From Cetorhinus maximus (taxonomy: Eukaryota): a stretch of 64,000 nt of DNA. The first letter of the stretch is position 1. Each line of letters begins with the position of its first letter. The notes under the pieces are model-generated. The model did not search any database and had not been told where the DNA came from. It saw nothing but the letters and a program-made list of their open reading frames with translations. The translations under genes were made by a program, and so were the position numbers. Of this stretch, positions 12,130-24,395 are shown in pieces. Where the stretch lies: contig NC_135915.1 in the NCBI RefSeq assembly GCF_964194155.1, forward strand, positions 4,154,001-4,218,000. The letters run 5' to 3'.

Positions 12130-15100
12130 AAAGAGATCATTAAAGAGTCCGGAGAGAGCCGATAGACCTTGAAATAGCAGAGAGGGAAAAGAGCGCGAGA
12201 ACAGCTGATTGATGGGTATGTGTAGTAAAAGTGAAATATTTAGTTTGATTTGAGGTCTGTAGGGTATTTTACATCTGAAAAATGCTTCTTAAGTATAAAT
12301 TCGGTCCTGTTGTGCAAAATAATAATAACAGTCAAGTGCTTCTAGGGGGAGATTCTTCAATTGTAACGAGCAGGGATGCTAGTATAATTGATTAATTAAT
12401 TAAAATACATTAGCGATGGCAGGACAGATAATGTGCAGCTGCAGCAGCATTTTGACCTGTTGGACACCAACGTGATCCACAGCGAGCACATCAGTAGCAA
12501 GAGTTTTCAGCTCGAGAACATCCGGATCAGAGTTAAGGAGCTGGTGTCCGAGCTGCAGACATTGCACAACATCAGGGAGGGGAAAGGTTCCTGGACACTT
12601 TGCACCAGGAGATGGTCACACCCCTCAGATCAGGAAAGTCAAATTTGGTCTGGGATCAGGGACAGGAGGTTCTGACCACAGGTGATGTAGTTATGGGGGC
12701 CAAGGTAGTCGCATTCCAGGGGTCTCGGCCACTGCAACTGTTCAACAGTGGCTAGGTTCTGGAAAGATGTGTGGACGAGAGCGGGAACTGCAAGGAGGAT
12801 GGGCAAACTGACCATGGCACCGTGGTACAGGCAGCCATTCAAGCTGGGGGTGGAATTAGGAAGTTTAGTAGTGGTAAGGGTCAGTATAATTGGCGAAGGG
12901 TGTTGTTCACTCCATGAGTTCAGAAGGCTCTGTTGCCTGCCCGGTGCCAGGACAACTCCTCAGGGCTGGAGATGAACTTGGAGTGGAGGGGAGAAATCAA
13001 CTTGTCACCATCCACGTTGATGCCAGCGACATTGACAGACCTAGAAACGAAATTCTGCTGAAAGAATTCGAACAGTTAGGAGCTAAATTAAAAAGCAAAA
13101 CTTCTGCGATAAATATCTTCGCATTACTACCTGAACCACGGGCAAACTGTTATAGGATAAATAAAGTCACAGACTGAAATATGTGCTCAAAGTTTGGTGT
13201 GGGAAAAATGGTTTTCAGTTCAAGGGGCACCGGCGCCAGTGCTGGGATAGGAGGGAGCTATTCCAGTGGGAGAGGCTTCACTTCAAAAATGCAGATTCCA
13301 GCGTCGTGGGGAATTGAATAACTAGGGCTCGAAAGAGTGTTTTAAGATAAATAGGTTGGCGGGATTTCTAGAGAGGGGATATGTAGGTTTAAGAAGCAAA
13401 ACGACGTGGGAATTTTGCTGGGCAGCTATTTAGGTAATGATATCCAGAATGTGACAGAAACGGACAGAGTGTAGAAACATAAAAAACACAACAGCAAAAT
13501 GAGTCAAAGGGGGAAATGGTAAACAAGTCAAAATTGATGCCTCATTACTTAATTGCTGGCAGTATTCAGAACCAAACAAATACATTAAAAGCACAAATAG
13601 AGGTTAATGGGAATGATCCTATAGCCATTACGGAGACGTGGTAACAAAGTGATCAAAGCTAATAAACAATTATTCAGGGGCATGTGATTTTCCAAAGGAC
13701 AGGCAGGATGAAAATGGTGGTGGGATAGCTTTTTTCAACGAGATTGAATACGTTGAATAGCAAGAGATTATTTTGATCTTCTGATGTAGAATTCACATGG
13801 GTAGAGGTCAGAAAGAATAAGGGGGTGAAGACAGTGGTGGGAGAAGTCTACAGGGCGCCTAACAGTAGCTATACCGTAGGAAAGAGAATAAGTCAGGAGA
13901 TAGTTATGACATGAAAAAATGGAAGTACATTAATCATGGGTGACATGAACCTCCATGTCGTTTGGGAAAATCACATTGGCAGATGCAGCAATGATCAGGA
14001 AATCATAGAATGTATCCGGGAGAGTTCCCTAGAACAATTTGCTGTGGATCCTATCAGGGATCAGTCTACTTTGGATCTGTTAATGTGTAATGAGGCAGGT
14101 TAATAAATTATCTCAGTGTAAAAGGTCCCCTCGGAAAAAATGTCCATAACATGGTAAAATGTATCATTCAGTTTGAGAATGAAAATGGGTCCGGAACAAC
14201 TGTGCTAAACTTACAAACGGATAATTACATAGGAATGAGGGCAGAGTTGGCTGGAGTTGACTGGGAAAGGAGTTCAACAGAAAAGACGGTTGATGAACAA
14301 TGGCAGACGTTTAAGAAAATAGTTCATGACTCATATCAGCGATATATCCCTGTGAGGAATTAGGATTCTAGGATGGACATAATCAACCATAGTTTACCCA
14401 AGAAGTTGAGGATAGAATCAAGCTGAAAAAAAAAGTACATACAATGTGGCAAAGGTTAGTTGCAAGCCAGAATTATGATTTTGTTTTAAAGCCAAGAAAA
14501 TTTAACCAAAAATACAATAACGTTTGGGAAATTATACATTGAGCGATAACTAGCAGGTCTTATAAAAACGTTACGTAGCAGCTGCTTTAAATACAAAAAA
14601 AAATGAGGAGAGAGGCGTAAGTGAATTGATGCCTCTTAGAGAACGACTCTGTGAAAATGATAATGGGTAACCAGGAAATGGCAGACGAGTTGAATTAATG
14701 CTTTGCATCAGTCTTCATGATAGACGACACTAAGTGCATTCCAAAAATACTAAATAATCAGGGGGGAAATGGGTGAAGGGAATAAAGAAATAACTATCGC
14801 TAGAGAAAAAGTGATCAAGAAAATAATGGAGCTAAAAGCCGATAAATCCCGGATGGGTTGCATCCTAGGATATTAAAGGAAATATCTGCACAAATAGCGG
14901 ATTCACTGACAGTCATCTTTCAAGAAACGTTTGATTGTGTAAAAGACTCAGAAGATTGGAAATCTGCCAAAATAAGAACCTTATTCAAAAAGGGAGGGAG
15001 AGAAAAAGCTCAGGTAACTATAGGTTAAATAGCTTAACATGCACTATTGGGAAAACGTTAGAGGTCTATTACAAGGAATATGATAGCAGAGCATTTAAAA

Positions 15101-16400
15101 TACAAAATATAATCAAACAGAGTTAGCATGGTTTGATGACCGGGAAATCATGCCTGGCAAATTCATTAGAATTATTTGAGGAAGAAAATGGAGAATGGAT
15201 AAAGGGGAAACAGGATATCCAATATTCTTGATTCCAAAAAGTCGTTCAATCAGGTACCAGGCACACGGCTGCTTAATAAGATAAGAGCACATGGTCTTGG
15301 GTTTCTACGCTAGCATGGATAGAGGATTTGCTAACCAATAGAAGACAGAGAGCTGAGATAAGGGGGGCATTTTCAGAATAGTAAACTGTTGTAGTGGAGC
15401 GCCACAGGGATCAGTGCTGGGACCACAGTTATGTACAATATATATTAATGGCTTATATGAGGGAAGTGAATGTACTATCGCCAAATTTCCAGTTATCACA
15501 CAAATTGGTGCGAAGGCAAGTCGTGAAGAAGTCTCAAAGGGCCTACAGGGGCATATAGAAATGTTAAGTGAGTTGGCAAAACTTGGCAGATGGCATATAT
15601 TATCGGAAACTGTGGGTCTATTCATGTTATCAGGAAGAATAGAGGAGCTCAATATTACTTAAATGGAGAAAGACTGCAGAAAGCTGCAGCAGAGAGGGAT
15701 TTGGGAGCCCGTGTACATGAATATGAAAACGTTCATTTCAGCAGGTGGTAGGGAAGGGAAATAAAATGTTGGCTTTAATTTCAAAGGGAATGGATTATAG
15801 AAATGGAGAAAGCATGCTAGAACTATACAAGGCTCTCGCTTATAATAATGTCAACAATTTTGGTCCCCTTATTTGAGGAAAGATATGCTGGAAGTGGAGG
15901 TAGCCCACGGAAGGTTCAATAGGCTGGTGCGGGATGTGGAGGGACTTTTCCATGTGGGGAGATTGATTAGACTGGGCTTGTACTCATTGGAGTTTAATAG
16001 AATGAGAGGGGACCTCATTGAAACATGTAAGATTTCGAAGGTGCTTGACACGGTACATGTTAAGAAGCTGTTTCCCCTTGTGGGAGGGTTCAGGACGAGT
16101 GGGCATCATCTCAGAGATAGCATTCACCAATTTAGTGCAGAGATTAGGAGGAATTTCTTCTCTCAGAGATTAGTGTATGTGTGGAATTAGTTCCCCTAGA
16201 GGGCTGTAGATGATGGGTCGTTAAATATATTCAAGGCTGAGCTCGACAGATTTTTAATCAGTCAGAGAATCAAGGGTTATGGGGAAATGTAGGATTGTGG
16301 AGGTGACGATGATCAGATCAGCAATGATCTCACTGAATGGCTGAGCTGACTTCATGGGCGGAATGACCTCCATCTGCTCCGATCTCTTCTGGCCTTATAA
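12130..16400 (+). mobile_element. Near full-length decayed CR1 LINE (ORF1 + ORF2 + 3' UTR)
   Basis: ORF1-like region with LCCLPGA and an esterase segment. Endonuclease IAITETW..IIMGD. RT region with GAPQGSVLGPQL and RLGLYSLEFNRMRGDLIE..FFSQR..VWN. Confidence 0.88.
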
Positions 16401-16689
16401 AATAATCAAGAAGAACATTGAAGCACTGTAAGAGTGATGCCGAATTGCTAAAATATCGTTGACATCTATTTCGTTAGAGCAGCTCAATAGAAAATGGAGG
16501 TAAATCCAGACATTTAACGTCATACATTCACTACCAAATATCTTCAACCAACATCAAAACACTTCCTGTGGTCAAACTATACAGAAGGTAAAACACAATG
16601 AGAGCTCCAAGGAATGGAAATACTGTTCATCAATAAAAACAAACATGATTTGCAAATCGAAACGAATCATTTCAGTGCGATTACTGTAC

Positions 16690-17600
16690 CACATCAGTTC
16701 AATTCGACACCGACAAATGTTCCCCGTCTTACATTAGCACTTGGAGCAGGTATTCCACTCTGGTTACTGACCTACACTCAAATGCAATTCTGCACTGCCA
16801 GAAAAACCATAAATAAATGTTGTTTGGGGTAATTTATTCCACTCTGGTTACTAACCCACACTCAGTACAATTTGACACTAACAGATTCAGTGAGTGAAGA
16901 ATGGTGACTGGTGCCAGGTATTCCACTCTGATTAACGACCCACACTCAGTACAATTCTACACTGACAGATAAAGCCAGTAATACACTTTTACTGGGGACC
17001 GGTATTCCACTCTGATTAATTACACACACTCAGTACAATTCTACACTGACAGATAAAGCCAGTAATACATATATACTGGCGACAGGTATTCCACTCTGGT
17101 TACTGACCCACACTTAGTACAATTTGACACCAGCAGAAAAACCCAGAAATATAGGGTCACTGGAGACAGGTACTCCATTCTGGTTATTAACCAACAATTA
17201 GAACAAGTTGACACTAACAGGTAGTCAGTGAAAGAGTGATGACTGGGGCCAGGTATTCCACTCTGATTAATCACCCACACTCAGTACAATTCTACACAGA
17301 AAGATAGACCCATTAATACATGAACACTGGGGCCAGGTATTCCACTCTGGTTACTGACCCACACTTAGGAAAATTTGACACTATCACATACAGTAATTGA
17401 AAGATTGGTGACTGTAGTCAGGTATTGCACTCTGATTAGATAGACCCAGAAACATATCGTCATTGGAGTCAAGTTTTCCAATCTGATTACTAACACACAC
17501 TTAGGACAATTTCACACGAACAGGCACAGTCCGTGAAAGAGTGGTGACTGGGGCCAGGTATTCCACTCTGATTAATGACCCACACTCTGGGTGAATTTCC
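16690..17600. repeat. 84-bp minisatellite near the 5' end of the GPCR A intron
   Basis: 'tattccactct' recurs at ~16751, 16835, 16919, 17003, 17087 and onward. Confidence 0.9.
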
Positions 17601-17920
17601 TCTGACTCCCACTAAACATTCCTTCAGAGATTTTGCCTTCACTAAAGTCTACTTTAACATTACACAATTTTCCACTGAATATTTGGACATAATTCATCAG
17701 AGAGCCTGCGATTTACCAGCAAAGGTTTATTTTCATTTGACAAAATTGAAGAAAGACGCAGAGACATTCAATACATTTTAATTTAGCACATTATATCGCT
17801 GATTCCGTGTGTCTATGACAGTGAGCACCGGATCAGCATGTAATAGTTTCAGTCACAGTTTAAAATGAGAGAGCCGCTCACATACAGATTTACACAACTT
17901 CAGTAGTTATGGTCAGTCAC

Positions 17921-17984
17921 CAGGAACACCTATAACAACAAGGATTATGAAGAATATTTTCTCAGCCACATCAATTGTGTGCAT
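17921..17984 (-). CDS. GPR139-like GPCR copy A, coding exon 1 (MHTIDVAEKIFFIILVVIGVP+G)
   Basis: ATG at 17984 and a hydrophobic first half of TM1. Phase-1 donor G|GTGACT at 17920 joins in frame to exon 2 (G|TT AAT TTA = V-N-L). The paralogous exon is at 58380-58443. Confidence 0.88.
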
Positions 17985-18061
17985 CGTTTCAGTTCAGTGC
18001 GAAGTGTTGTGCCCCTTTGTGCTGCTGGTAATCTCTCTGCCTTAAACGCTGAGCGAATACA

Positions 18062-18105
18062 TTCCCAAAGCCTTTAATTTATACCCTGTGGGATCACCTC
18101 AGGGA
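18062..18105 (-). promoter_or_regulatory. Core promoter of GPCR A: TATAAA (18078-18083) plus palindromic element
   Basis: TATAAA lies about 95 nt upstream of the ATG on the minus strand. The 44-bp block is identical in copy B. Confidence 0.65.
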
Positions 18106-18584
18106 CGTTGAAACTCCAACTATGTTCAAATTGTTTTTTAAAATATATGAACAAACAGATAATGACTTTGAGTTTAGTGATACAAAATGTTTATTTTTAA
18201 ATGGAGATCCCAGGATTCAAGGTCTGGACATTACTTATCAAACTAATTAATAAAGAAAAACAAGAGCTGTGTTCACCATGCTGTCCACTGAATCACCATC
18301 AGTCCCTCATCTAGATCTCCTATTGTTTCAGTGATATCCGTCACTTGACTGTTACCATATATTGTTTAAAATCCATATGTTAGAGTGCCTCTCTCCACGC
18401 TGTTCTATTACACCCTGTGGTGTAACTGTCCTCTTTAACTGTGGAAATTCAGTTGTGCGATTAGAGTGGGTTAAGGGTGACAATTTATTACTAAATTCAA
18501 CTAATAAAATATCTAGAAATATTCAAAATCCCTCTAAAACTGATTCCACACCACAATCAAATGCGAATTTATCTCATTATTAAT

Positions 18585-21522
18585 CCCTATCTCTCTCTCT
18601 CTCCCCCGCTACCTGTCTCCCTTTTTCTCCGTGCACATCTCACTCTCTCCTTTTTGCTATGTCTCGCCCTTTCCTCCTCTGTCGCTCTTGAACTTGTTCT
18701 CTGTCTCTCTGTTTTTTACGCTCACTGTCTCTCTCATTACCACGTTCTTCCTCTCTCTTTCTCTCTCTCTAGCACTCGATCATCCTGTCTCTTTTTCTAC
18801 CATCTCACTACCCTACTCTCTCTTTCTGTCCCACACACTCTCTCTCTCTCTCTATTTGTCTCTCGGTCCTTCTGTTTCCCTCTCCCTCACTCTGTCTGTC
18901 TGTCTATCTACCTTACTCTGAATTTGTTTCTCTCTTTCCTTCTCTCTCTGTCTCTGTCTCTGTCAATCTATCTCTCTCCACCTCTCTCGCTAACTTTCTA
19001 TGTTTTTTCTGACTCTCTCTCTCTGCGTCTGTACCTCTCTCGCTGTGTCTCCATCTCTCACACTTCCCTTCACGCTGTATCACTCTCGCTGCCTTTCTCT
19101 CACTCTGAACTCTCCGTCTCTCTAACCCCCTCTTTCTCTCTATCTCTCTCTCTGCCCGTTAATCAATGTCTCTTCCCCTGCCTCACACTCTCGCCGTCCT
19201 TCTCAGCCACTCTCTCTTTGTCTCTCTGTTCTCTTTCCCTCTTTCACTTTAGCCTTCTCTCTCTTCCTCGCTTGCTAAACTTTCCTTTGTCTGTGTCATT
19301 GCCTGTCTCCCTCTCTCTGCCTTTTTGTTGTGTCTGCTTGTCTATTCCTCTCTCTTTCCCTTTCTTTTTTTCTGTCACGTTCTCTCTCTCTCTTTCTCTC
19401 ACTCTCTCTCCCTCACACCGTGTCTCACTCTGTCTCCCTCTTTGCCTCTCTGTCTTTTCTCTCCCTTTCTCTCTTTTGCAATGGCTATCTCTCTCTTTCT
19501 GTCTCTCTGTGTCTCTCCCACTATTTATCTAACTCTCCCTATCTCCTCATCTCTATGACTCCCTCCATTTCTCTTTCCCTCCCACCCTATGTAACACATT
19601 CTGTCTCTCTCCTCCTCTTACTCTCTTAATGTATCTGCCTCTCTCCCTCTCTCTCTCTGCCTCACCCTCTCTTTCTCTCCCATCAACTCTCTCCTGTTGT
19701 CCTTTCGACCGCCTTGTCTCTCTCAGCCCTCTCTCTCTTTCCGTGTCAGTGTGTACGTATGTGTGAATGTGTGTGTTTCTCTGCCTCTCACGCCCGAATC
19801 TTCCCTTTGTCTCTTTCTCTCCTTCTATCACTCTCTCTACTTCTATGAGTCTATCTCTCACTCTGTCTTTCTCTCTCTCTCTCTCTGCCTTGGTTTGACA
19901 AGTTGTTTCCAAACCTGTCTCTCTCTATGCCTCTCTCGCTCTTTTCTCTGCACCTCTTTTTCAACGTTTTTTTTTCTCTCTCTCCCCCCCTCTCTTTCCC
20001 TCCCTCTCTCTCTCAATCCCTCTCGCTGTGTCTCTAAATCTCACTCCCTCCATCTCACTCTGTCTCCTCAACTCAATACATTTACACATCTCTCTCTATT
20101 CTCTTTCTCTCACTATCTCTATCCCTCTCTCTAAATCTCTGTCTTTCTCTCTCTCAATCTCTCTCGCTCCATGTCACACACTCTGCCTCTCTACTTCTCC
20201 ATCTTTAAGTCTCTCATTCACTCTGTCTTTCTCCCTTCCTGCCTCACCCTCTCTTTATCTCCCAGCAACTCTATATTTTCTCCCTTTCGATCGCCTTCTC
20301 TCTCTTAGACCTCTCTCTCTCTCTTTCTGTGTGAGTGTCTCCGTTTGTGTGTGTACGTGTTTCTCTCTCTCTGATTCCTCTGCCTCTCACAACCTAAAAT
20401 ACAATTTGTCTCGTTCTCTCTATTTCTCTCTCACACACACTGAGTGTGCATGTGTGTCCATGTGAGTGTGCGTGTGTCATTGCGTCTCCCTCTCTCTCTC
20501 ACGTTTCTCCATCTCTTTCAATCTCTGTGTGTACCTCTGTTTGTCTTTCCGCCTATCTTGCTCTCCATCTCAGTTCCATTCCCTCAAACTGACATTCAGT
20601 CTGTCTGTCTATCTATCTGTCTGTCTGTCTACCTATCTATCTGTTTATCTATCTATCTCTCTACCTATTTGTGTATCTGCCTACCTGTCTGCCTGCCTGT
20701 CCATCTGCCTTCCTGCCTGCACTACCTGTCATGCAATCTATCCATTAATCTATCGATCGTTGTCTTTATGTTTCACTGCCTTCTCCCTCTCTGTCTCTCC
20801 CTCTCTCTCTGCCACTCTGTCTCTCTGTCGCTCTCCTCTCTCTCCTCTCCTCTCTCCTGTTTATCTGTCTGTCTCTCCCAATTTCTCTTTCTTTCTGTGT
20901 GTGTCTGTCTCAACCTGTCTCTATCTCTCACTCTTTCCCTTTCGCTCTATGGCTCTCTCTGTCTCTCACTCTTCCTCTTTACTCTCTCTATGTCTCTCCC
21001 ACCCTCTCTTTCTCTCTATCTCCCTTCTGCGCATCTATCTCTTTCTCTCTCTCTGCCTCAGTCTCTCATGCTCCTTCTCAGTCTATCTCTCTCTTTGTCT
21101 CTCTGTTCTCTTTCCCTCTTCCAATCTCGCTTTCTTTTTCTTTCTCGCTTGCTAAACTTTTCTTTCACTATTTCAGGGCTCTATCTCTCTGCCTCTCCTT
21201 CTCTGCTCTGCCTGTCTATTTGTCCCTTGCTCTCCCTTTCCCTTTCTTTCTCTCTTTCACTTTCTCTCGATCTCTCTCTCTCCAACGCTCTGTGTGTCTA
21301 TCCCTCACGTTGTCTCTCTGTCTCATTCTCCCTCAGTCTCTCTCTCACAATGTCTGCCTAACTGTCTCTTTCTATGCCTCTCTCCCTCTCACTCTCTCTC
21401 TTCATTTCTCGACCTGTGTTGCTTTGTCTCCAACTCTCAATCTCTCCTCCTCCCTCTGTCCCCCTCTCTCAGTGCACTTCCCCCTCTCTCTCTATTATCT
21501 CTCTCACTCACTCATTCTTTCA
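18585..21522. repeat. Long pyrimidine (CT)-rich low-complexity tract upstream of GPCR A
   Basis: Near-pure polypyrimidine strand with degenerate (CT)n and (CTAT)n. Confidence 0.95.
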
Positions 21523-22445
21523 GAATCACAGAAGCATAGAACCACAGTGCAGAAGAGTCCCTTCGGCCCATTGAGTCAGCAGCGAAACGTGAGAAACACG
21601 TTAAATACCTACCTAATCCCATTGACCAGCACCTGGCCCATAGCATTGCATGTTATGAAGTGCCAAGTGTTCATCCAGGTACTTTTTAAAGGATGTGAGA
21701 CAACCCGCCTCCACCAGCCGCCCAAGGCAGTGCATTCCAGACCGTCACAACCCTCTGGGTAAAAAAAAACTCCTCACATCCCCTCTAAATCTTTTGGCCC
21801 TAACCTTGCACCTATGCCCACTTGTGACTGACCCTTCAACTAAGAGTAACAGCTGCTCCCTATCCACCCTGTCCATGCACCTCATAATCGGGTACACGTC
21901 GATCAGGTGGCCCCTCAGTCTTCTCTGCTCCAATAAAAACAACCAAAGTGCATCCAACCTCTCTTCATAACTTAAACGTTTCATCCCAGGCAACATCCTC
22001 GTGAATCCCCTCTGCACCCCCTCCAGTGCAATCACATCCTTTCTATAATGTAGCGACCAGAACTGCACACAGCACCATTGTACTCCAGCTGTGGACTCAC
22101 TAAGGTTCTATGCAACTCCCAAATGACCTCACTAACTCTGTAATATACTCCTCGATGGATAAAGGCAAGTGTCCCTTATGCCTTTTTCACCACCCCACTA
22201 ACATGCCCCTCCGCCTTCAGAAATCAATGGACACGCACGCCAAGGTTCCTTTGTGGCTCAGAAATTCCTAGTGTCATGCCGTTCATTGAATGCTTCCTTG
22301 TCAAATTACTCCTTCCAAAGCGTATCACCTCACACTTTTCAGGATTAAATTCCATGTGCCACTTATCTGCTCATTTGACCATCCCATCTATTTTTTTTTA
22401 CTGTCGACCTACACACTCAACCTCACTGTTAAACACCTGGCCAAA
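21523..22445 (-). mobile_element. CR1 3' fragment, antisense
   Basis: Minus ORF 21745-22068 reads QFWSLHYRKDVIALEGVQRGFTRMLPGM. Confidence 0.9.
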
Positions 22446-22449
22446 CATT

Positions 22450-23135
22450 GTCATCTCTCTCTCTATTTCACTTTTGCTCTCGCCCTATGTCATGCACTCT
22501 GCATCCCTCCTTCTCCCTCTTTCAATCTCTCATTCTCTCTGCCCATATCTCTCTCTAACTCTCTCTCTGCCCATCTCTCTCTCTACCTCTCTTCATCCTC
22601 TCTTTCTCTCCCAGCAACTCTCTCTAATTCTCCCTTTCGATCGCCCTCCCTCTTTCAGTACTCTCTCTTTTTCTGTTTCTTTGTGTACGTGCTTCTCGTT
22701 TTCTGTCCTCTGCCTCTCACACTTTAAAATTTTCCTTTCTCTCTTTCTCGCCATTTCTGTTTCTCTCTTTTTTGTCTGTGAGTATGTGTGTTTGTCGGTG
22801 TGTGTGTCCGTGTGTCTGTGTGTGTGTCTGAGGGTCTCTATCACTCACTCTCACATTTCTCTGTCTCTTTCAATCTGTGTGAGTATCTCTATGTTTCTCA
22901 CCACCTCTCTTGCTTTCCTTCGCCGTTCCTCTCCCTCTATCTGCCTTGCTGCAGGTATGTCTGTCTGTCTCTCTGTCTGTCTATCTATCTATATATCTAT
23001 CAGTCTATGTGTCCATCTATCTACATATTTATCTCTGTCTATTTGTACTTCTCTCTCACTGTCTCCCTCCCTATTTCCCTCTCCCTCTCTAGCACTCTCG
23101 CTCTGTTTTGTCTCTCTCTCTCCCCCTCTTTATCT
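22450..23135. repeat. CT-rich tract (continuation after the CR1 insertion)
   Basis: Same composition as 18585-21522. Confidence 0.9.
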
Positions 23136-23139
23136 GTGG

Positions 23140-23790
23140 AGTCACTCTCTAGTCGATCCCTGACACAGTCCCAGTGTTGAATCCCTCTCTGGTTGATCTC
23201 TGACACAGCCCCTGTGTGCAATCCCTCTTTAGTTGATCTCTCACACAGCCCAAGTTTTGAATCCCTCTCTAGTTTATCGCTGACACAGAGCCAGTGTTTA
23301 ATCCCTCACTAGAGGATCTCAGACACAGCCCGTGTTGAATTACTCTGTAGTTTATCCCGAAAAAAGTCTGTGTTGAATCCCTCTCTAGTTTATCCCTGAC
23401 ACAGTCCCAGTGTAGAATCCCTCTCTAGTTGATCTCTGACACAGCCCCAGTGTTGAATCCCTCTCTAGATGATCTCTCAAACAGCCCCTGTGTTGAATCC
23501 CTCTCTAATTTATCCCAGAAATAGCCCCAGTGTTTAATCCCTCACTAGTTGATCTCTGACACAGCCCGTGTTGAATCACTCTGTAGTTTATCCCGAAAAA
23601 AGCCTGTGTTGAATCCCTCTCTAGTTTATCCCTGACACAGCCCCAGTGTAGAATCCCTCTCTAGTTGATCTCTGACACAGCCCCAGTGTTGAATCCCTCC
23701 CTAATTTATCCCAGAAATAGCCCCAGTGTTTAATCCCTCACTAGTTGATCTCTGACACAGGCCCAGTATTACATCCCTCTCTAGTTTTTC
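23140..23790. repeat. 40-bp minisatellite (gtgttgaatccctctctagttgatctctgacacagcccca)
   Basis: About 16 units with higher-order structure. Confidence 0.93.
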
Positions 23791-23814
23791 TCTATGGAAA
23801 GATTGTATCTCCCA

Positions 23815-24375
23815 CTCTTGCGCAGGCGCTGTCACTGCCGAACAGTTTATTTTTGAATCGACAAACTCGTACTGCTCATCCCGCCACTCGCATCCGGGCG
23901 TGCGCAGTCCCACTGTTACTGGCCACTATTGCACGGTCCAGCCGCATTCCGAGACAATGTTGACACAGTCCCGCCTCCTCAACCACCGCACATGCGCAGT
24001 GCCTTCGTTCCAATACCCACCGGCAAGGAAGGCCCATCCGCGAGCTCACCGGTTCGCTGTCTCCAATGCCGCACTTCGCACGTATTATACCGGTGCTCCT
24101 CCCCTCCCCCACAGCCCGACGGTGGTCCGCGTCCATGCAGCGCAATCGCCTGCTCTTCGCGCCGCACTCCCCTCCCCACGCGCCCCGCCCTTCCCTGCCC
24201 TTCCTCTTCCGCGCATGTGCCTAGCACCCCCCACTCCATAAATGTGTGCCGCGTTCCTCCTTCCCCAGCGGTTTTCCGCACGCGTGCAACTTTCCATTCT
24301 CGGATCTGCGCATGCATTAACTTTCGCATCCCCCCTCCCCCCACAATCCTCCGTCCGCGCGTGCGCTCTCCACTC
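23815..24375. promoter_or_regulatory. CpG-rich island with NRF1-like GCGCAT/TGCGCA motifs
   Basis: High GC and CpG content relative to flanks; contains 'catgcgcagt', 'gcgcatgtgc', 'gcgcatgcat' and 'tgcgcaggcgc'. Confidence 0.55.
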
Positions 24376-24395
24376 TGGGACATGAGTCCTCAGGT

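Larger units (their letters stand above)
1..20777 (+). repeat. Segmental duplication copy A (GPCR cassette)
   Basis: Colinear homology with 41033-64000. Examples: 1 'tgagcatgagatttcgtgaaaatgtgtgag' matches 41033 'tgagaatgaaatttcgtgaaaatgtgtgag', and 20680-20777 matches 63905-64000. Minisatellites, CR1 pieces, GPCR exons and CT tract occur in the same order. Confidence 0.95.

Noticed and set aside
12130-16400. Potentially active autonomous LINE
   Set aside because: ORF1 and ORF2 contain many stops and frameshifts; no retroelement in the window has an intact ORF.
18561-23221. Long Ser/Leu-rich ORFs (up to 323 aa), also at 58950-63377
   Set aside because: They arise from CT-rich low-complexity DNA that lacks stop codons and is open in several frames; some run through N gaps.
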